A program made the position numbers and the translations under genes. The notes below the pieces were generated by a model, which worked only from the letters and a program-made list of their open reading frames with translations, had not been told where the DNA came from and ran no database searches. 64,000 nucleotides of DNA. Source: Xanthobacteraceae bacterium. Its GTDB lineage: Bacteria; Pseudomonadota; Alphaproteobacteria; Rhizobiales; Xanthobacteraceae. Positions 1 to 9,385 of the stretch are shown here, in pieces. The stretch is taken from NCBI GenBank assembly GCA_050010715.1, contig JBEKKM010000005.1, positions 18,687-82,686 of the forward strand, given 5' to 3'. How positions within the stretch are numbered: position 1 is the stretch's first letter; each line of letters starts with the position of its first letter.

Positions 1-122
1 TGGGCGCGCTGCAGAAGAACGTCGACATGACCAAAGAGCTCGGCTACGCCAGCGCGAGCTTCGACGTCAAAGCCTATTCCGATCTCAGCATGGTCGAAGA
101 GGCCGGCAAGCGGCTGAAGTGA
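1..122 (+). CDS. ABC transporter substrate-binding protein, C-terminal fragment (gene begins upstream of window)
   Basis: Frame from nt 3 reads GALQKNVDMTKELGYASASFDVKAYSDLSMVEEAGKRLK, stop TGA 120-122. Closely matches the C-terminus of the 263-1261 product (ALQKNVDMTKDLGFVKASFDVKAHSDLSLIEEAAKRLK). Confidence 0.8.
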   Translation, partial: GALQKNVDMTKELGYASASFDVKAYSDLSMVEEAGKRLK

Positions 123-136
123 TCACCTTAAGCCCC

Positions 137-236
137 GTCATCCTGAGGTGGCCGCGAAGCGGCCCTCGAAGGATGTCGGCCGAGGCGCTGCGGCCGTCGC
201 CCTTCGAGGCTCGCTTCGCTCGCACCTCAGGGTGAC
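137..236. repeat. REP-like nested palindromic element bounded by GTCAT...GTGAC
   Basis: Outer inverted repeat CCGTCATCCTGAGGTG (135-150) / CACCTCAGGGTGACGG (223-238). Inner hairpins GCCGC-GAA-GCGGC and CCTCGAAGG...CCTTCGAGG. Intergenic between two paralogous SBP genes. Confidence 0.75.
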
Positions 237-262
237 GGAACATCAATCGGAGAAATAAAAAG

Positions 263-1261
263 ATGAGTGCCACGAAATTTGCATTGGCGAGCCTCTGCGT
301 CATCACCATTGCCGGCGCAGCCCAAGCAGAGCCGCTGAAAATCCGCGGCTCCTGGGTGGCGCCGGTGGCCAACTGGGCCTCGATCTGGCTGGAGAAAAAG
401 GATCTCGCCGTTCACTTCGGCCAATCCTACGTGTTCGAGAGCGCCCGCTATGCCGGCACGCCGCCGATGATCACGGCACTGGCCAATAACGAGCTGGAAA
501 TCGGCGATCTTGCCTATTCGACCTTGCCGATCGCGATCGAGAACGCCGGCATGGACGACCTGCGCGTCGTCGCCGACGAGTTCCAAGACGGCGCGCCGGG
601 CTATCGCGCCGACGATTTCCAGGTGCTCGCCGACGGTCCCATCCAGAAAGTCGAGGACCTCAAGGGGAAGGTGATCGCCACCAACGCCGCCGGCAGCGGC
701 GTCGACGTCGCCTCGCGCGCCATGCTGCGCAAGCATGGCCTGGAGGCCAATCGGGACTACACCGTCGTCGAGGCGCCGTTCCCCGCCATGCGGGCGATGC
801 TGGCGGAGAAGAAAGTCGACATCATTCCGACCGTGTTGCCGTTCGCGCTCGATCCCGAACTAAAGAAGATCGCGCATCCGCTGTTCTCCATCACCGACGC
901 GATCGGCGTGTCGCAATTCGCCATGTGGGCGATGCGCAAGCCGTTCATCGACAAGAACCGCGCGGCCATCGTCGATTTCATGGAAGACTCCATGCGCATC
1001 GAGCGCTGGTATCTCGACCCCAAGAACCACGACGAAGTCGCGCAGATCGCGTCGCGGATCACCAAGCAGCCGCCGGAGCGGTTCGGCTGGCTGTTCACCA
1101 AGGCCGATTATTACCGCAATCCCGACATGCGGCCCGATCTCGATGCCTTGCAGAAGAACGTCGACATGACGAAGGATCTGGGCTTCGTCAAAGCGAGCTT
1201 CGACGTCAAGGCGCATTCCGATCTCAGCTTGATCGAAGAGGCGGCGAAGCGGCTGAAATAA
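263..1261 (+). CDS. ABC transporter substrate-binding protein (NMT1/NitT-TauT-like), with signal peptide
   Basis: 332-aa ORF. N-terminal signal-like MSATKFALASLCVITIAGAAQA. Family-like body. Adjacent to permease/ATPase genes. Confidence 0.85.
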   Translation: MSATKFALASLCVITIAGAAQAEPLKIRGSWVAPVANWASIWLEKKDLAVHFGQSYVFESARYAGTPPMITALANNELEIGDLAYSTLPIAIENAGMDDLRVVADEFQDGAPGYRADDFQVLADGPIQKVEDLKGKVIATNAAGSGVDVASRAMLRKHGLEANRDYTVVEAPFPAMRAMLAEKKVDIIPTVLPFALDPELKKIAHPLFSITDAIGVSQFAMWAMRKPFIDKNRAAIVDFMEDSMRIERWYLDPKNHDEVAQIASRITKQPPERFGWLFTKADYYRNPDMRPDLDALQKNVDMTKDLGFVKASFDVKAHSDLSLIEEAAKRLK

Positions 1262-1276
1262 GCCGCCGCATCGCCG

Positions 1277-2050
1277 TCAATGCATCGACTTGCCGCCATC
1301 GACGTTGATGGTCTGGCCGGTCATGAAATCGCTCGCCGGGGAAGATAAAAACATCACCGCGCCGACCAGGTCGGCCGGTACCTGCACCCGCTCGATGGCA
1401 CGGCCGGCGACGCGCGAGGCGAGGTAATTGCCGGACGACGACGCGACCTGCGTCTCGCTCTGCGTCATGCCCGGCGTAAGCGCGTTGATGGTGATGCCGA
1501 ACTCGCCGACTTCGCGCGCAAGCGCCCGGGTGAAGCCGATGACCCCGGCTTTCGACGTGGTGTAGTGCAGCCGGTTCGGCGCGCCTTCCCACACCCGCGA
1601 CGACGAAATGTTGACGATCTTGCCGCGCTGTTGCGCCTTCATCGCCGGGAACGCGGCGCGGCAGGACAAAAACATGCCGCGCAGATTGACCGCCATCACC
1701 CGATCCCACTCCTCGACCGGAATTTCCAGCCAGGAGCGGCGCGGCAACACGCTCATCAGCGAGGCATTGTTGATCAGGACGTCGACTGTGCCGAAGCGGT
1801 CGAGCGTCGCCTGCACCATGGCCTCGGTCGAATCCTCGCTCGCAATATCGACGCCGAGCCCGAGCGCTTCGAAGCCGGCCTGCCGCAGCGCGGCGGCGAC
1901 ATTCTCCGCGGCAACCGCATCGATATCGGCAGCGACCACGCTGGCGCCAACCTTGGCGAATTCCTCGGCATAGACCTTGCCGATGCCCTTGCCGCCGCCG
2001 GTGATGACGACGCTGCGCCCGGAAAAATCGAAACGCTCATTCACGGCCAT
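1277..2050 (-). CDS. SDR family oxidoreductase
   Basis: 257 aa. Cofactor motif ITGGGKGIGK. Catalytic YTTSKAGVIGF (YxxxK). NNAS motif. Confidence 0.9.
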   Translation of the reverse strand: MAVNERFDFSGRSVVITGGGKGIGKVYAEEFAKVGASVVAADIDAVAAENVAAALRQAGFEALGLGVDIASEDSTEAMVQATLDRFGTVDVLINNASLMSVLPRRSWLEIPVEEWDRVMAVNLRGMFLSCRAAFPAMKAQQRGKIVNISSSRVWEGAPNRLHYTTSKAGVIGFTRALAREVGEFGITINALTPGMTQSETQVASSSGNYLASRVAGRAIERVQVPADLVGAVMFLSSPASDFMTGQTINVDGGKSMH

Positions 2051-2074
2051 TGCTTTTGCCTTTATCGTAAAGGG

Positions 2075-2842
2075 ATGAATTTCGAACGGTTGTTGATCGG
2101 CGGCGGCACGCTGGTAGTGTTCCTGCTCGTCTGGGAGTTGTGCGCCGATTCTGACGCAATCAATCCGCTATTCATTTCCTCGCCGTCCCGCATCGTCCAT
2201 GCCGGCTCGGCCTTGATGACCGATCCGGATTTCTGGAACGACGTCAGGGTCAGCGCCAACGAATTCATCTTCGGTTACATCGCCGCCATCGTGATCGGCG
2301 TTCCGCTTGGGCTGTTGATGGGCACCTCGCGGCGCCTGTCCTACATCTTTGCGCCCTTTGTCGATACCCTCAATGCCGTGCCACGCGTAACCTTGCTGCC
2401 GCTGCTGATCATCTGGTTCGGCATCGGCATCTGGTCGAAGGTCGCGGTGGTGTTTCTCGGCGCGGTCATTCCCATCGTCATCAGCGCGCTCTCCGGTGTG
2501 AAGACCAACGAGGCGCGTTTTCTCACCATGGCGCGAAGCTTTTCGGCATCGCGAACGAGGATATTCGCCAGCATCATCCTGCCGGGAACGGTGCCATACA
2601 TCTTCACCGGCCTGAAATACGCCGCCGGGCGCGCCCTGCTCGGTGTCGTCGTCGGCGAGCTCTACGCCTCGACCGCCGGCCTCGGCCATATGATCGCCGA
2701 CGCCGGCAATATGTTTCAGACCGATACGCTGTTCTTCGGCGTTCTGATCTTCACCGCCACCGGCCTCGTGGTCGTCGCACTGCTCGATCGCCTGGAGCGA
2801 CGTTTCGAGCGTTGGCGGCCGAACGTCGGAGCGGCGACGTGA
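2075..2842 (+). CDS. ABC transporter permease (NitT/TauT family)
   Basis: In-frame ATG at 2075 (MNFERLLIGGGTLVVFLLVWELC) within ORF 1565-2842. The upstream part of that ORF is antisense to the SDR gene. Multi-TM protein with an EAA-like loop (RSFSASRTRIFASIILPGTVPYIFTGLK). Confidence 0.85.
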   Translation: MNFERLLIGGGTLVVFLLVWELCADSDAINPLFISSPSRIVHAGSALMTDPDFWNDVRVSANEFIFGYIAAIVIGVPLGLLMGTSRRLSYIFAPFVDTLNAVPRVTLLPLLIIWFGIGIWSKVAVVFLGAVIPIVISALSGVKTNEARFLTMARSFSASRTRIFASIILPGTVPYIFTGLKYAAGRALLGVVVGELYASTAGLGHMIADAGNMFQTDTLFFGVLIFTATGLVVVALLDRLERRFERWRPNVGAAT

Positions 2843-3666
2843 AGCGCTTTTATCTGGCGCATGAACGCGCCATCCTCGGCGCCATAGGTGTCGTTCTCTT
2901 CCTTATGCTGTGGGAAGGATTTGAGCGCGGCTGGTGGGCTGAGCTGCTGCAGCCGCCGCTCGGTCCGCAAGCAGCACGATTCCAGCTCAAGCCGATCTTC
3001 ATTTCATCGCCGACGCGGATCGCCCGCATGGCATTCGACATGTTCTTTATCACCGGCGCGATCTGGAAAGATATTGGCTGGAGCAGTCTCGAATTCGCGC
3101 TGGGGATTGCGCTGGCGTTCGCGATCGGCATTCCGCTCGGGCTGGCCGCCGGTTGGTATCGTCGCCTTAACTATGCGGTTGAGCCGTTTCTCGCGGCGCT
3201 GAATGCAACGCCGCAGGTGGCGTTCCTGCCGCTGCTGATCCTCTGGGTGGGAACCGGGCTCGCCTCCCGCGTGATGATCATCGTGCTGCTCGCGGTGCTG
3301 CCGATCGCCATCAGCGCGCTGGCCGCGGTGCGCACCGTCGATGCGCGGCTGGTCCGCGTTGCGCGAAGCTTTTCCGCCGGCGACGCGCTGTTGTTCCGCA
3401 GCATCATCCTGCCCAGCGCGGTGCCGTTCCTCCTTGCCGGCGCGCGGCTAGCCGTCGGGCGCGGCATGATCGGCATCGTGGTCGGCGAGATTTACGGCTC
3501 ATCGGCCGGCATTGGCGCGATGATCAGCCAAGCCGGCTCGCGCTTCGAGACCGACAAGGTGTTCGTCGGCGTGCTGACCATTGCGACGGCGGGCGTGGCA
3601 CTGGTCGAGCTGATCCGCCGCATCGAGCGCCGCGTCGACGTGTGGCGTCCGCAGGTTGCGGCATGA
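2839..3666 (+). CDS. ABC transporter permease (second subunit)
   Basis: ORF 2812-3666. GTG at 2839 overlaps the upstream stop (GTGA); ATG 2812 is an alternative start. Paralogous to the preceding permease (ARSFSAGDALLFRSIILPSAVPFLLAG). Confidence 0.85.
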   Translation: MKRFYLAHERAILGAIGVVLFLMLWEGFERGWWAELLQPPLGPQAARFQLKPIFISSPTRIARMAFDMFFITGAIWKDIGWSSLEFALGIALAFAIGIPLGLAAGWYRRLNYAVEPFLAALNATPQVAFLPLLILWVGTGLASRVMIIVLLAVLPIAISALAAVRTVDARLVRVARSFSAGDALLFRSIILPSAVPFLLAGARLAVGRGMIGIVVGEIYGSSAGIGAMISQAGSRFETDKVFVGVLTIATAGVALVELIRRIERRVDVWRPQVAA

Positions 3667-4457
3667 CGCCCAAACTCGAAGCCCAGGACATCCGGCTTAG
3701 CTATTCGCAGCCGCGCAGCGGCACGCAGCTTGTCGCGATCGACGGCGTCAGTCTGCAAGTGATGGACGGCGAGTTCGTCGCTATCGTCGGTCCATCGGGC
3801 TGCGGCAAGACGACGTTTCTGTCCGTGGTCGATGGCCTGATTGCCGCGACCGGCGGCCGCGTGCTGGTCGACGGCGAGGTGGTGACGCGGCCCGGTCCGG
3901 ACCGCACCGTAGTGTTCCAGGATGCGTCCTTGCTGCCGTGGCGCACCGTGCTCGGCAATGTGCGTTACGGCCTCGAATGCCTTGGCGTCGGCACCCGCGA
4001 GGCGGACGCGCGCGCGGAAAAACTCATCGCGCTGGTCGGGCTTTCGGGCTTCGAGCATCACTATCCGCACGAACTCTCCGGCGGCATGCAGCAGCGGGTG
4101 AACCTCGCCCGCGCGCTCGTGGTCGATCCGAAAATCCTACTGATGGACGAGCCGTTCGCTTCGCTGGATGCGCAGACCCGCGAGCTGATGCAGGAAGAGC
4201 TCACCCGTATCTGGGCGCAGGCGCGCAAGACCGTGCTGTTCATCACCCACCAGATCGACGAGGCGATCTATCTCGCCGACCGCGTGGTGGTTTTTTCGGG
4301 CCGCCCCGGCAAGGTCAAGGACAGCATCGCGGTCGATATCGAGCGACCGCGGCCGATCGGCGTGAAGCGCCAGGCGCGCTTCCATGCACTCGAAGATCGA
4401 ATCTGGGGGTTGATCGACGAGGACGTTAAGACGAAAGCGCGAGTCAAACCATCATGA
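3663..4457 (+). CDS. ABC transporter ATP-binding protein
   Basis: Walker A GPSGCGKTT, signature LSGGMQQR, Walker B LLMDEPF. ATG 3663 overlaps the preceding stop (ATGA); ORF-track start is 3642. Confidence 0.92.
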   Translation: MTPKLEAQDIRLSYSQPRSGTQLVAIDGVSLQVMDGEFVAIVGPSGCGKTTFLSVVDGLIAATGGRVLVDGEVVTRPGPDRTVVFQDASLLPWRTVLGNVRYGLECLGVGTREADARAEKLIALVGLSGFEHHYPHELSGGMQQRVNLARALVVDPKILLMDEPFASLDAQTRELMQEELTRIWAQARKTVLFITHQIDEAIYLADRVVVFSGRPGKVKDSIAVDIERPRPIGVKRQARFHALEDRIWGLIDEDVKTKARVKPS

Positions 4458-4458
4458 T

Positions 4459-4490
4459 CGTCACCCCCGGGCTTGACCCGGGGGTCCATG
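4459..4490 (+). repeat. 32-nt hairpin repeat unit (GTCA - 9-bp stem - CTTGA loop - stem - TCCATG)
   Basis: CGTCACCCCCGGGCTTGACCCGGGGGTCCATG lies directly after the ATPase stop. Stem 4463-4471 pairs with 4477-4485. A near-identical copy is at 31504-31535 on the other strand. Confidence 0.8.
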
Positions 4491-4533
4491 CTGCGCTTCA
4501 GCTTGCGGTAATGACAACACGAGGGAGAGCGTC

Positions 4534-5535
4534 ATGCAGGCCTTGAGCCGCTGGTCGATTCTGGCGGCAGCGGTGCTCATCGCGCCGATGGCGCGCGCCG
4601 ACGACCTCGCCCCATTCAAGATCGGCATTTCCGCGCCCGTCGTGACCATCTTCCCGGTCTGGATGGCGCAAGCGGCCGGTCTTGACGCCAAGGAAGGGCT
4701 GAAGGTGGAATCCATCAGCATGGAAGGCGGCAGCCGCGGCGTGCAGGTGCTGTTGTCCGGCGAAATCCAGGCCATGCATGTCGGGCTGGCGCCGGTGGTG
4801 CAGGCCAACAAGCAGGGCGCCGACCTCCGCCTCGTCACCTCGACCGCCAACACCATCCCGATCACGATCTTCGCCTCGCCGGCGATCAAGACCGCGGCCG
4901 ACCTCAAGGGCAAGACCATCGGCATCAGCACGTTCGGCTCGGAAACCGACGTGGCGGTGAGCATCGCGCTGCAACGCCTCGGGCTCAAGCGCGACGATGT
5001 CACCGTGTCGCAGATCGGCGGCTCATCGCAGCGCTTCGGTGCGCTGATTGCTGGCCGCATCGATGCCGCGCCGCTGCTCGAGCCCACCATCACCGCGGCG
5101 AAGGAAAAAGGCTTTACGCCGCTGCTCGATCTCGCCGCCGCCAACACGCCGTGGATCTTTGATGGTGTGGTAGTGACCAACGCCTACCTGAAAGCGCACC
5201 GCGACGCGCTCACGCATTTCGTGCGCGCGTATATTGCCGGCGCCTACCTGGCGCTGTCCGACGTCGACAAGGCGAAGGCGCTGATCGCGCAAAAATACAA
5301 GACCAGCGATCCAACGGTGATCGACGCCACCTATAACGACTTCAAGCGGCTGATGCCGCACGATGCCGCGCCGTCCATCCCTGGCGCCAACAATGTCATT
5401 GCCCAGCTTCAGGCCATCGGCATCGAGGTCAGCAACAAGAACATCAGCGACTATGTCGATCTCGGCATCATCGAAGGCCTGAAGAAGGACGGCTACTTTG
5501 AGCAGATGGCGAAGGCCTATCCCGTAAAACAATGA
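4534..5535 (+). CDS. ABC transporter substrate-binding protein (NMT1-like), with signal peptide
   Basis: 333 aa. Signal-like MQALSRWSILAAAVLIAPMARA. Stop overlaps the hyuB start (ATGA at 5532-5535). Confidence 0.85.
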   Translation: MQALSRWSILAAAVLIAPMARADDLAPFKIGISAPVVTIFPVWMAQAAGLDAKEGLKVESISMEGGSRGVQVLLSGEIQAMHVGLAPVVQANKQGADLRLVTSTANTIPITIFASPAIKTAADLKGKTIGISTFGSETDVAVSIALQRLGLKRDDVTVSQIGGSSQRFGALIAGRIDAAPLLEPTITAAKEKGFTPLLDLAAANTPWIFDGVVVTNAYLKAHRDALTHFVRAYIAGAYLALSDVDKAKALIAQKYKTSDPTVIDATYNDFKRLMPHDAAPSIPGANNVIAQLQAIGIEVSNKNISDYVDLGIIEGLKKDGYFEQMAKAYPVKQ

Positions 5536-7304
5536 ACGCCATCGATCTCGAAGTCATCTACCAGTCCACCTTGCAGATCGCGCGCGAGCTGACGCTCAAC
5601 ATGTTGCGCACCGGCTATTCCACCATCATCAAGGAAAGCCAGGATTTCACTTTCGCCATCTTCGACGCGCAAGGCCGCATGGTGGCGCAAGGCATCCCGC
5701 AGCCGCTGCATATCGGGCCGCTCGCCGCCCAGGTAAACGAAATCCGCCGCCGTTTTCCTGATGCCGCGCCTGGCGACGCCTTCATCGTCAATCATCCCTA
5801 TCAGGCCTGCCAAAACCATTCGACCGACGTCTGCATTATCACGCCGATGTTCGTCGACGGCCGCCTCGTCGGCTATATCGGCAACACTGCGCACAAGCCC
5901 GATCTCGGCGGCAAGGTGCCGGGCACAAATGCGGGCGACGCCACTGACCTCTTTCAGGAAGGCTTGCTCATACCGCCGCTGCGCATCCTGCGGCGCGGCG
6001 AGTTGCTCAGCGATATCGAGCGGGTGATCTGCGCCAATACCCGCACGCCGGAAGTCACCTGGGGCGACATTACCGCGCAGGTAAATACCAACACCTATGG
6101 CCTCACGCGGTTCGCCGAGCTGTTCGGCAAATATGGCACCGACAAAGTGCTCGCCTGCTGGCAGAGCTGGATGGATATTTGCGAAACCGCATTGCGCAAG
6201 GAAATCGCCAAGGTGCCCGATGGGCTTTACGGCCCGGAGAGCGATTACCTCGACGACGACGGCATCGATCTGAACAAATCCTACCGCATCTCGGCGACCC
6301 TCGAAGTCAAGGGCGACATCCTGCACTTTATCCTGGACAGCGATGCGCAGGCGCGCGGGCCGATCAACCTGCGCCCTTGCGTGTCGAAGAATTTTATCCA
6401 GTGCCTGGTCAAGATGGTGTTCATCCCGAACCTGCCGGTGAACGATGGGCTATCGCGGCCGGTGCAGGTGTCCTATCCGCCGGAAGGCTCGCTGCTCAAT
6501 CCGCGCTTCCCGGCGCCGGTGAACATGTATGTGCGCCCGAGCCAGGTCACGACCTCGGTCGCGATCCGCGCCCTGGCGCGCGCCGTGCCCGGCAGGGTGC
6601 CGGCGCCGGGCAGCGCCGCCGGCGGCTCGATCTCCAGCGCCGGGCGGCATCCGCAAACCGGCCGCTGGTATTCGCAATACGAGATCTTGAGCGGCGGCAC
6701 CGGCGCGCGGCCCGACGGCGACGGCGTCAGCGCCATGGATGAGCTGGTCGTCAATGTGATGAACACGCCGGTCGAGGCGGTCGAAAGCGAATTTCCGGTG
6801 CGCGTCGAACGCTACGAGCTGGCGCAGGATTCCGGCGGCCCCGGCACCTTCCGCGGCGGTCTCGGCGTGCGGCGGCAATGGCGCATTCTCGGCGACGAGT
6901 CGGTCATCAACTTGCGCACCGACCGTTTCAAGTTCTCCTCGCTGGGAATCTTTGGCGCCAAGCCGGCGCATGTCTCGGCCGCCTCCCTCAAATCCGTCGG
7001 CGAAGCAGCGCGGCCGCTAACCTCCAAGGTCGCCGGCTTGCGGCTGAAAAAGGACGATGTGCTGTCGATGGAATTCGCCGGCGGCGGCGGCTGGGGCGAT
7101 CCGCACCAACGCGCGGCGGAGCGTGTGCGCGACGACGTGGTGCGCGGCTATGTCTCGCGCGGGGCGGCGCGCGACGATTACGGCGTCGCCTTCAAGGATG
7201 ACTTGAGTGTGGATGCCGATGCGACCGCAAAACTGCGGGCCAAGTCCGAGGCCAAGTCTGAGGCCAAGTCTGAGACCAAGCCCGCGTCCAAGGCCGCCTC
7301 ATGA
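5532..7304 (+). CDS. hyuB: Hydantoinase B/oxoprolinase family protein
   Basis: 590 aa. N-terminus DLEVIYQSTLQIARELTLNMLRTGYSTIIKESQDFTFAIFDAQGRMVAQ is typical of HyuB. Translationally coupled to hyuA (ATGA 7301-7304). Confidence 0.9.
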   Translation: MNAIDLEVIYQSTLQIARELTLNMLRTGYSTIIKESQDFTFAIFDAQGRMVAQGIPQPLHIGPLAAQVNEIRRRFPDAAPGDAFIVNHPYQACQNHSTDVCIITPMFVDGRLVGYIGNTAHKPDLGGKVPGTNAGDATDLFQEGLLIPPLRILRRGELLSDIERVICANTRTPEVTWGDITAQVNTNTYGLTRFAELFGKYGTDKVLACWQSWMDICETALRKEIAKVPDGLYGPESDYLDDDGIDLNKSYRISATLEVKGDILHFILDSDAQARGPINLRPCVSKNFIQCLVKMVFIPNLPVNDGLSRPVQVSYPPEGSLLNPRFPAPVNMYVRPSQVTTSVAIRALARAVPGRVPAPGSAAGGSISSAGRHPQTGRWYSQYEILSGGTGARPDGDGVSAMDELVVNVMNTPVEAVESEFPVRVERYELAQDSGGPGTFRGGLGVRRQWRILGDESVINLRTDRFKFSSLGIFGAKPAHVSAASLKSVGEAARPLTSKVAGLRLKKDDVLSMEFAGGGGWGDPHQRAAERVRDDVVRGYVSRGAARDDYGVAFKDDLSVDADATAKLRAKSEAKSEAKSETKPASKAAS

Positions 7305-9352
7305 AATTGCGTATCGGCATCGACGTCGGCGGCACCTTCACCGACGTCACCGCCTTCGACGAAGATGCGGCGGCGCTGGTCGCCGTCCGCAAATACACCT
7401 CCAATCCGACGCAGCCCGCCGCGGTGATGCAGGACATCACCCGCGACCTCGCCGCCGAATTCGGCGCCGACGCGGTATCGCTGATCCTGCACGGCTCGAC
7501 CGCGGCGCTCAACACCATGCTGGAGGGCAAAGGCGCAAGGGTCGGCCTGATCACCACCCGCGGCTTCCGCGACGTCTACGAGATCGGCCGGCAATGGCGC
7601 GGCGACGAGGTGTTCAACATCTTTGCGCCGGCGCCGAAAATGCTGCTGACCCGCGACCGCATCCACGAGGTGCGCGAGCGCCTCGATTTCACCGGCAAGG
7701 TGATCGAGCCGCTCGATGCCGGCGACGTTGCCGCTGCCGCCCGCAAGCTGATCGCGCAAGGCGTCGAGGCCGTCGCGGTGTGCTTTCTGTTCGCCTACGC
7801 CAATCCGGCCCATGAGCAGGCGGCGGCAAAGATCATCCGCGATATCGCGCCAGACCTCTATGTGTCGCTGTCGCATGAGGTCAATCCGGAATGGCGCGAA
7901 TACGAGCGCACCGCTTCCACCGTCGCCAATGCCTATATCGGGCCGCCGGTGTCGCGCTATCTGCGCGAGCTGGAAGCGCTGTCGCTGCGGCGCTTCCCGC
8001 GCTCGCGCGCGCTGATGATGAAGTCCGACGGCGGCGCCGCTAGCGCCCGCATGCTGGCGTCCACCCCGATCGAGACCGTGATGTCCGGCCCGGTCGCTGG
8101 CGTCATCGGCGGCCGTCACCTCGGCGATATCAAGGGCATCGACAACATCATCACCTTCGACACCGGCGGTACCTCGTCCGACATGGCGGTGCTGCCGGGC
8201 CGGCCGCTGTTCAAGTCGGAAGTCACGGTGGCGCAGCATCCCTTGCGCACCCACACCGTGGATATCGAGACCATCGGCGCCGGCGGCGGCAGCATCGCGT
8301 CGGTCGATCTCGGCGTGCTCAAGGTCGGGCCGCAAAGCGCCGGCGCCAATCCGGGGCCAGCCTGCTACGGCCGCGGCGGCGTTGCGCCGACGCTGACCGA
8401 CGCGCTGGTCGTGCTTGGCCATCTCAGCCCAAGCGCGCTGCTCGAAGGCGCCATGCCGATTTCGAGCGCGAAGGCGCACGAGGCGGTGGCGGCGCGGCTC
8501 GCGGCGCCGCTCGGGTTGACGCCGGTCGAAGCGGCCTGGGGCATCCTCACCGTGCTCGCAACCAACGTCACCATGGCGATGCGCACCATCACCATCGAGC
8601 GTGGCTACGACCCGCGCGAATTTACTTTGGTGCCATTCGGCGGCATGGGCCCGACCATCGCCGGCCGTATCATCGGCGAGCTCGGCATCGGTCGCATTCT
8701 CATCCCGCGCGACCCCGGCACGTTCAGCGCCTTCGGCATGCTGGTCACCGACGTGCACCAGACCCGAAGCTTTACCCGCATCACTCGGCTCGACGCGGCC
8801 AAGCCCGCGGAGCTGGAACATATATTTGCCGGCATGGAAGTCGCCGCGCTGGCGGACTTGATGAAGGAGCAATTCACGCGGGAGCAACTGACGACGCTAC
8901 GCAGCGCCGGCATGCGTTACCGCGGGCAGTCATACGAAGTCAGCGTTCCGGTGGCCGGACTGAACAGCGACGCCGATCTTGCGACACTCGGCAAGCGTTT
9001 CCACGAGGCGCACCGGCGCCGATACGGCCACATGGCGGAAACCGAAGCCGTCGAAATTGTCAATTTCCAGGTCACGGCGGTCGGAGCGATTCCGAAACCG
9101 CAGTTCGGCGCAATCGCGGCGCCCGAAATATTGCGATCGCCGGCGCCGCACGAGAAGCGCGCGGCCTATTTCAGTCCAGCCGACCCGATCGAAGTGCCGG
9201 TGTTCCGCCGCTCCGCGCTTTCAGCGGGCGCCGTCATCGACGGCCCCGCCGTGATCGAGGAGAAAACCTCGACCACGGTGCTCTATCCGGGTCAGCGCGC
9301 CGAAATCGACGGCTACCTGAACATGGCGATTACACCCGCCGGCGCCTTATGA
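7301..9352 (+). CDS. hyuA: Hydantoinase A/oxoprolinase family protein
   Basis: 683 aa. MKLRIGIDVGGTFTDV N-terminus and a second ATPase-fold motif FDTGGTSSD. Confidence 0.9.
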   Translation: MKLRIGIDVGGTFTDVTAFDEDAAALVAVRKYTSNPTQPAAVMQDITRDLAAEFGADAVSLILHGSTAALNTMLEGKGARVGLITTRGFRDVYEIGRQWRGDEVFNIFAPAPKMLLTRDRIHEVRERLDFTGKVIEPLDAGDVAAAARKLIAQGVEAVAVCFLFAYANPAHEQAAAKIIRDIAPDLYVSLSHEVNPEWREYERTASTVANAYIGPPVSRYLRELEALSLRRFPRSRALMMKSDGGAASARMLASTPIETVMSGPVAGVIGGRHLGDIKGIDNIITFDTGGTSSDMAVLPGRPLFKSEVTVAQHPLRTHTVDIETIGAGGGSIASVDLGVLKVGPQSAGANPGPACYGRGGVAPTLTDALVVLGHLSPSALLEGAMPISSAKAHEAVAARLAAPLGLTPVEAAWGILTVLATNVTMAMRTITIERGYDPREFTLVPFGGMGPTIAGRIIGELGIGRILIPRDPGTFSAFGMLVTDVHQTRSFTRITRLDAAKPAELEHIFAGMEVAALADLMKEQFTREQLTTLRSAGMRYRGQSYEVSVPVAGLNSDADLATLGKRFHEAHRRRYGHMAETEAVEIVNFQVTAVGAIPKPQFGAIAAPEILRSPAPHEKRAAYFSPADPIEVPVFRRSALSAGAVIDGPAVIEEKTSTTVLYPGQRAEIDGYLNMAITPAGAL

Positions 9353-9385
9353 ATGCGCGGCCCGGAGGCGCCGGACCGCTCATCA

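Noticed and set aside
1565-2074. N-terminal extension of the permease ORF. Similar ORF-track extensions occur at 10817-10903, 12661-12678, 17035-17094, 21144-21218, 26158-26250, 36499-36582, 36897-37205, 45236-45727, 46081-46149, 52723-53526 and 55393-55518.
   Set aside because: The extensions overlap neighbouring genes or REP elements and lack homology. Internal starts have Shine-Dalgarno sequences and/or ATGA/GTGA coupling, and they give family-typical N-termini.
2051-2074. A 24-bp gap between divergent start codons (SDR and permease) as a special bidirectional regulatory element.
   Set aside because: The gap is too short to contain anything recognisable, and the promoters probably lie within the neighbouring coding regions. 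It is noted but not interpretable from the sequence.
7178-8887. 569-aa minus-strand ORF antisense to hyuA. Similar long shadow ORFs include 33576-35078 (antisense to ahcY), 41698-43134 (antisense to pckA), 56492-57907 (antisense to the flippase), 46170-47150, 11401-12957, 58690-60030 and 13290-14351.
   Set aside because: They are typical open frames generated by high GC content opposite real genes. Their products are Arg/Gly/Ala/Asp-rich and low-complexity with no recognisable motifs. In each case the opposite-strand ORF has clear family signatures.
9357-9379. Bidirectional terminator hairpin between hyuA and hss (GCGGCCCGG-AGGCG-CCGGACCGC).
   Set aside because: The stem has a mismatch and no flanking T/A runs on either strand, so it is not convincing enough to list as a feature.
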